From a virus, in the UHGV virus genome UHGV-0138835: DNA of 48,857 nucleotides; one strand, 5' to 3'. Both the position numbers and the translations under genes were made by a program. Positions 44,171 to 48,857 of this stretch are shown here, piece by piece; position 1 is the stretch's first letter; each line of letters opens with the position of its first letter. The notes below the pieces were generated by a model that was not told where the DNA came from, did not search any database, and was given only the letters and a program-made list of their open reading frames with translations.

Positions 44171-44260
44171 TTAGTTTTTGTTTTTCAGCGCTTTTAACAT
44201 TTGCTCGATGAAGTCAGCATAGCGCTCATGTTCGTTGGGGTGGTAGTTTACGTTTTTCAT
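44171..44260 (-). CDS. small ORF (29 aa) MKNVNYHPNEHERYADFIEQMLKALKNKN, upstream partner of the secreted-protein gene
   Basis: SD AAGAGGATAAG upstream of ATG on minus strand; below ORF-track cutoff. Confidence 0.3.
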   Translation of the reverse strand: MKNVNYHPNEHERYADFIEQMLKALKNKN

Positions 44261-44339
44261 TTTCTTATCCTCTTTTGCTTCCTCCGGTCAATCCGGTCTT
44301 TTAAATCCCTTTGCTCTATCCCTTTCCTTTATCTTCTTT

Positions 44340-44406
44340 ATACAAAATGTACTCGTTGAAGTGAAGCCATTTTGTATAAAATAGAGACATAGATCACATT
44401 TTGTAT
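44340..44406. promoter_or_regulatory. inverted/direct repeats of ATACAAAATG / CATTTTGTAT in the divergent region upstream of the tape-measure gene
   Basis: ATACAAAATG 44340-44349; CATTTTGTAT at 44368-44377 and 44397-44406. Confidence 0.45.
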
Positions 44407-44417
44407 GAGGTTAAATC

Positions 44418-47400
44418 ATGTCAACAAATTTGGGTACAATTTACTACGAGGTTGACGCGAAAACGGGTCAGCTTCTGACTGTTCAACGCGATGTAGATCG
44501 CGCAACTGGCAAAATGGAAAAGGATTTGGAGCGCGTGGATAGTGCCGCTACTCAGGCAAGTAAGTCACTGTCAAAACTATCCTCGATTGCCAGCGCCCTG
44601 GGTGCTGCAATGGCAGCGAAAAAAATCATTGAGTATGCAAACGCCTGGCAGGAGGTGAATAACAGGCTAATCAATAGCGTTCGTGCTGGTGAATCGCTGG
44701 CAGACGTTAATCAGCGTGTATTTCAGATCGCGCAAAATTCACGAAGCGACCTTGATGCTACGGCAGATCTTTACGGTAAATTAGAGCGCTCGACGCGCGA
44801 CGCTGGTTTATCGACGAAAGCACTTGGTGATATGGTTGAAACCATTAACAAAACATTCCGCATTTCTGGCGCTTCTGCCGCTGAAGCAGAAGGCGGGATC
44901 CGTCAGTTGGGTCAATCCCTCGCCAAAGGTGTTTTGAATGGCGATGAATTTAACTCCGTTACAGAAAACGCCACCAGGCTGTCAGAGGGTTTAGCTAAAT
45001 CACTGGGCGTATCGTCGGCAGAAATGCGCAAGATGGCAGCAGAAGGGAAAATCACCCGTGAAGCTATCATTAAAGCCCTTAAGGAAATGAAAGCGGAAGT
45101 TGATGCTGAGTTTTCTAAACTCACCCCAACTATGCAGGAGGCTTTCACTGTTGCAGGCAACAACGCAGCTAAATTTTTCGGCAGCAATTCGTCAATTATG
45201 GGCGGGATTGGTGCTTTTAATTCGGCAGTTGTAACCCTGTCAGAAAACCTTAACGAAATAGCTACCGCATTTATTGGCCTTGCCACTGTGATGGGTGGCA
45301 GAGTGGTAAATAAATTCGTAGCTGCAACAGCAGAGGCATTAACTAACGCTCAGGCAACCAGGGCACAAACGGCAGCGGCACGGCAGGCCGCTCAGAGTGA
45401 ATTGGCGCTAGCTAACGCTCAGGTGGTATCAGCACGGCAATCAGTAGCGGCGGCGGCGGCAAGGCTGAGAGAGGCGCAGGCTTATGCTGCGGCAAATGCC
45501 GGAACAAAATTCGAAGTTCAGACGCTGAAAGAGTTGGCTGTAGCCAAAGCACAGAACACAGCGGCATCAAACGCCCTTACTGCGGCAGAGCAGCGCCTTG
45601 CTGCGGCCCACACTGCGGCGGCGGCTAATGCAGGGCTACTAAAAACAGCATTTAGCGCTACTCTGGGCGCGATCGGCGGTATCCCTGGCGCGTTAATGCT
45701 TGCTGTTTACGGGTTGACAGCATATGTAGATCACGTAGATCAAACAGCAGAGGCAAACCGCAACCTTGCTGATTCAGTGGATGTTAGTACCGAATCACTG
45801 GAGCGAATGAGCAAGGCGGCTAAACTGGCTGGCGCAGATAAACTACAAATATCAATGGGTCAGTTAGAGGAAGACATTGACAGTCTTAACAAACAGATTG
45901 ACCAGGACACGCAGGCGCTGGAACTGAATAAGCGGGCACTGGAGAACGCCGAGGAGGGATCACGCGCTTACGCCAACCTATCGAAAGCTAATCAGGAAAT
46001 CACAGCCCGCCTGACCAGGGAAGAAGCACAGCGTGAAGATATTCTCGACCGCCTTAATCAAATGCAGCGCAAATATATTTTGCTTATGCAGGATACAGAT
46101 CCGCTAATGAAGACCCTTGCCACTTCATTGGGGTTGGTGGCGGATGCATACGGAAGAATCACCACAGAAGCAGAACGCGCAGCAGCAGCAACGCAACACG
46201 CTTCAGCAGCGCTTAACGCAGATCAACAAGAACTAATAGATCTGGCAAACCGCCGCCTGGAACTGGCAAAACTCGACTCCAAAACAGCCAGCAGGGAAAA
46301 GGCGATTGATGGGTTTAAGCGTGAGGCTGAGAAAGCAAACCTGACCGGGGAAGCGTATGAAAAATACATGGCTACAATGACCAAAGCATACGACACCGAG
46401 CAGAAACGCGCCGAAGCTGAAAGAAAGGCCAATCAAGGGAAGAAAACTGGCGAAAGCGAGGAAAAAAAACGTCTAAAAGAGGCTGAACGCCTACGCAAAG
46501 AGCTTGAGAAACGGGGACAGAATGTTGCAGACAAATACAACGTCGAAGCAGCCGCGCAACGTAAACTAAAAGAGGATCAGAAAGCACTAAACGCAGCATT
46601 AGAAAGCGGCAAAATAAGCGCGGAACAATATAATAAGGCATGGAAGGAATTAATTGGAACCGAGGAGCAACGCAAGCGCCAGGCTGGCTGGGATAATCTG
46701 GTAAACAATGAGCTGCAACTACGCGGGCAGCTAGACCCAATTCAGCAGGCGATGAACGAATGGGCGGTTCGCAAACAAATGCTCACAGATTTAGGCGCTA
46801 CAGAGCAATATATGAGGGAGCAAGAAAAAGCGCACGAGAGGGAAATGCTATCACTTCAGTGGGAGAGGTATAAGGCGCAGTCATTGACCAACCAACTGTT
46901 AGGTGATGCCGTTGATGCAATGAGCGGATCTGCAACTAACGCGCTTGTCGGCCTGATTAACGGTACTCAGAGCTGGCAACAGGCGCTTGCTAACATTGGC
47001 AATACGATTCTGTCATCCGTGATCGGTACGCTTGTTCAGATGGGCGCTGAATGGGTCAAGCAGCAATTAATAGGGGAGGCTGCCAGTGCCGCCGCAACAG
47101 CAAAGGCAATGGGCGAGGCGGTGGCGTTAAGTTCTGCATGGTCCACCCCGGCCTACCTAGCAAGCGTGGCAACAATGGGCGGCGCAGCGACGGCGGGATC
47201 AACAGCGATGGCCACCGGACTTGCTGGAGCAAAAGCGCTTGCTCTGGGTGGCGCTCGTTATAACGGCGGTGCGGTTAATGGTGGTAGCCTGTATCGCGTA
47301 GGGGAACACGGGATACCGGAGCTATTCCAGACGAGCAACGGGCGTCAGTATATGATTCCTGGTGAAAATGGCAGGGTCATTCCTGGCCGCGATCTTTTCA

Positions 47401-47567
47401 GCGGTGGCGGCATCAATATGCCTGTAAACATTAACGTTCAGACCACAAACGGGTTTAGCGATGAGGACAGTCGCAGGCTTGAACAAACGATGGAACGCGT
47501 AGCAATGAAAATGATGGCAAGGGAATCGCAACGACCGGGAGGAATGTTGCAACCGCGCCGCAAATAA
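44418..47567 (+). CDS. tail tape measure protein
   Basis: 1049 aa, Ala/Gln/Glu-rich helical, position before the M gene. Confidence 0.85.
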   Translation: MSTNLGTIYYEVDAKTGQLLTVQRDVDRATGKMEKDLERVDSAATQASKSLSKLSSIASALGAAMAAKKIIEYANAWQEVNNRLINSVRAGESLADVNQRVFQIAQNSRSDLDATADLYGKLERSTRDAGLSTKALGDMVETINKTFRISGASAAEAEGGIRQLGQSLAKGVLNGDEFNSVTENATRLSEGLAKSLGVSSAEMRKMAAEGKITREAIIKALKEMKAEVDAEFSKLTPTMQEAFTVAGNNAAKFFGSNSSIMGGIGAFNSAVVTLSENLNEIATAFIGLATVMGGRVVNKFVAATAEALTNAQATRAQTAAARQAAQSELALANAQVVSARQSVAAAAARLREAQAYAAANAGTKFEVQTLKELAVAKAQNTAASNALTAAEQRLAAAHTAAAANAGLLKTAFSATLGAIGGIPGALMLAVYGLTAYVDHVDQTAEANRNLADSVDVSTESLERMSKAAKLAGADKLQISMGQLEEDIDSLNKQIDQDTQALELNKRALENAEEGSRAYANLSKANQEITARLTREEAQREDILDRLNQMQRKYILLMQDTDPLMKTLATSLGLVADAYGRITTEAERAAAATQHASAALNADQQELIDLANRRLELAKLDSKTASREKAIDGFKREAEKANLTGEAYEKYMATMTKAYDTEQKRAEAERKANQGKKTGESEEKKRLKEAERLRKELEKRGQNVADKYNVEAAAQRKLKEDQKALNAALESGKISAEQYNKAWKELIGTEEQRKRQAGWDNLVNNELQLRGQLDPIQQAMNEWAVRKQMLTDLGATEQYMREQEKAHEREMLSLQWERYKAQSLTNQLLGDAVDAMSGSATNALVGLINGTQSWQQALANIGNTILSSVIGTLVQMGAEWVKQQLIGEAASAAATAKAMGEAVALSSAWSTPAYLASVATMGGAATAGSTAMATGLAGAKALALGGARYNGGAVNGGSLYRVGEHGIPELFQTSNGRQYMIPGENGRVIPGRDLFSGGGINMPVNINVQTTNGFSDEDSRRLEQTMERVAMKMMARESQRPGGMLQPRRK

Positions 47568-47572
47568 TAAAA

Positions 47573-47604
47573 ACCCCGGTACAATTCCGGGGTTATTTCG
47601 TATT
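47573..47604 (+). terminator. rho-independent terminator after tape-measure gene
   Basis: accccgg-tacaatt-ccggggt hairpin followed by TATTTCGTATTT. Confidence 0.6.
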
Positions 47605-47704
47605 TATAACCGACCATTCCGCACGATATATCCTCTTCCGAAAATTACCTGCCAGATGTTCCAGATCTCCAGCCAGGTGAATTTATCGCCTTCCATATCC
47701 CACC

Positions 47705-47959
47705 TCACTTATGCGCCCCTTTTACCCCGCAGTGTCTGTTATATTCCAGATGGTCGATAATTAACCACGCCTTTAAATCTTCGCTGAATAACCGCCAATC
47801 GGGGTTGATGTCAAATTTATAACCGTAGCCATCGCGTAATTTTTTGGGGTTGGCCTCTTTTTTCAGGAAAGCATTTAATAAAGCCTTGCCCTTTTTGATG
47901 ATCCGGTCCTGTGCGTTTTTTTGTGCTTTCAGATTTTTACCAATCGCTACCAATTTCAT
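47705..47959 (-). CDS. hypothetical basic protein (84 aa), moron; second gene of a minus-strand pair
   Basis: ORF antisense to the tail operon; SD GGGGTGAG upstream. Confidence 0.45.
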   Translation of the reverse strand: MKLVAIGKNLKAQKNAQDRIIKKGKALLNAFLKKEANPKKLRDGYGYKFDINPDWRLFSEDLKAWLIIDHLEYNRHCGVKGAHK

Positions 47960-47977
47960 AACTCACCCCACAATCCA

Positions 47978-48133
47978 TTAGTTGACCACTTTCAGGAAGA
48001 AATCACGGTATTCATCTTCTTTTGCATTCATCATGAATTGACCGTATTTGAATGCGTCATCAAAGCCTTTAACTATCGCCACTTCCACCTGTTCGAATGC
48101 GTTGTTCAGCATTACCACTACATAACGCTTCAT
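47978..48133 (-). CDS. small protein (51 aa) MKRYVVVMLNNAFEQVEVAIVKGFDDAFKYGQFMMNAKEDEYRDFFLKVVN, first gene of the minus-strand pair
   Basis: Strong SD AAGGAGG 6 nt upstream of ATG on minus strand; below ORF-track cutoff. Confidence 0.4.
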   Translation of the reverse strand: MKRYVVVMLNNAFEQVEVAIVKGFDDAFKYGQFMMNAKEDEYRDFFLKVVN

Positions 48134-48239
48134 GTTGGCCTCCTTTGTCGGTACTGCTTTTTCTTCTTGCTTACTATATACATCTTGTTACGTCCTGTGT
48201 GAAGCCATTTCGTAAACTGGGTATAATTCTTGTGATGAA

Positions 48240-48275
48240 TTTCTCATTTTTCGCGTAGAAGCGCGTAAAGATGTA
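48240..48275 (+). promoter_or_regulatory. conserved element with tandem CGCGTA, copy 2, in the M-gene 5' leader (with TATAAT at 48222-48227 upstream)
   Basis: tttctcatttttcgcgtagaagcgcgtaaagatgta; about 32 of 35 positions shared with 35616-35650. Confidence 0.4.
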
Positions 48276-48302
48276 CACAATATGTAACTTATAGGGGGAA
48301 TC

Positions 48303-48656
48303 ATGCCGGAAGTTTTCAGATGGACGCCGCAAAGAAGCTACAGCGTGACCAGGGAACCAAATGTGTCGGTCGTTAAACTTGGTGATGGTTATGAACAGCG
48401 CCAGGCGAAAGGGATTAACACGTTGCTTGATAAATACACCCTGGTTTTTAAAGGCAGTAGCGCAGGATGCGGTGATGGTAGAAACGTGGCGATCCAGGCA
48501 GAAGCATTCTTGAGGGCGCGCGGCGCTGTCGAGGCTTTTTACTGGTCGCCGTCTATGGATGGCGTGCAAAGGCTTTTTGTTTGCCGTAGCTGGAGTATGA
48601 CAAAGGACGGGCCTGTATACACGCTAAACGCAACGTTTGAGCAAGTTGTTGGCTAA
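48303..48656 (+). CDS. M: minor tail protein M (lambda gpM family)
   Basis: Match to recalled lambda M (FRW…GDGY.QR…FEQVV), 117 aa, follows the tape measure. Confidence 0.8.
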   Translation: MPEVFRWTPQRSYSVTREPNVSVVKLGDGYEQRQAKGINTLLDKYTLVFKGSSAGCGDGRNVAIQAEAFLRARGAVEAFYWSPSMDGVQRLFVCRSWSMTKDGPVYTLNATFEQVVG

Positions 48657-48853
48657 TGGGGGTTGATATGTACGGGACTTGTGTAGTTGACAAAACTGAC
48701 GCTTTTACATTGTTTGACGACTATGAAATCAACGACCTTACTGTAAAAGCTGACAACGGCGATATATGGTATCTTCACGACGTTGGTGATGGGTATGTGG
48801 GGTGTAGATCCTGGGAAGGGAAGGAGGTTTTATTTTTGGTTGATGGCGTATAA
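48656..48853 (+). CDS. hypothetical small protein (65 aa) downstream of M
   Basis: ORF; alternative start at ATG 48668 with GGGGG SD. Confidence 0.3.
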   Translation: MGVDMYGTCVVDKTDAFTLFDDYEINDLTVKADNGDIWYLHDVGDGYVGCRSWEGKEVLFLVDGV

Positions 48854-48857
48854 ACAC

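Noticed and set aside
44912-46740. Minus-strand ORFs inside the tape-measure gene (44912-45286, 46223-46432, 46233-46436, 46372-46740)
   Set aside because: Embedded antisense ORFs in an Ala-rich gene; typical GC-codon artefacts.
48174-48569. 131-aa minus-strand ORF overlapping the M gene
   Set aside because: It overlaps the confidently identified lambda-M-like gene and its upstream leader element; the minus-strand pair I accept ends at 48133.
1-48857. Insertion sequences, transposases, rRNA genes
   Set aside because: No transposase-like ORF, terminal inverted repeats of an IS, or rRNA-like conserved segments were recognised.

Overview
This window reads as most of a lambdoid temperate enterobacterial phage or prophage, running from the 3' part of a tail-fiber gene to the minor tail protein M gene. 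All calls come from reading the sequence and recalling protein families; nothing was database-checked. Left to right: a repeat-rich tail fiber (5'-partial); an antisense lipoprotein gene; a second tail fiber with a C-terminal intramolecular-chaperone domain; a candidate attP region with 22-bp direct repeats; tyrosine integrase; then a leftward (minus-strand) early operon with an excisionase-like gene, NinB, a DNA methyltransferase, an AT-rich accessory block, a DnaB-like helicase, an HTH-metallophosphoesterase fusion, a Bro-N antirepressor, and an iteron-bearing replication initiator. A divergent immunity region follows, with a P22 C2-like repressor, a terminator, a strong promoter, a boxA/boxB nut site and an N-like gene. 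The rightward operon carries Erf, SSB, many small ORFs, a Dam-like methyltransferase, an HNH endonuclease, NinG, RusA and a lambda-Q-like antiterminator, then about 17 small ORFs, a candidate pR'/tR', and a pinholin / SAR-endolysin / Rz / embedded-Rz1 lysis cassette. After that come an HExxH-motif protein, terminase small and large subunits, an SPP1-like portal and MuF-like protein, scaffold, capsid, head-tail and tail-tube genes, tape measure, and M. Two small minus-strand two-gene 'moron' operons flank the tape-measure gene. The most unusual feature, invisible to the 60-aa ORF track, is a tandem array of ten tightly packed micro-ORFs (22-38 aa) at 32790-33611, each with its own Shine-Dalgarno-like sequence and each encoding a hydrophobic single-helix peptide. 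Recurrent intergenic motifs (an ACA[A/T]AATGG / CATTTTGT family and a tandem CGCGTA element) suggest a shared regulator. No tRNA, rRNA, CRISPR array or transposase was seen.
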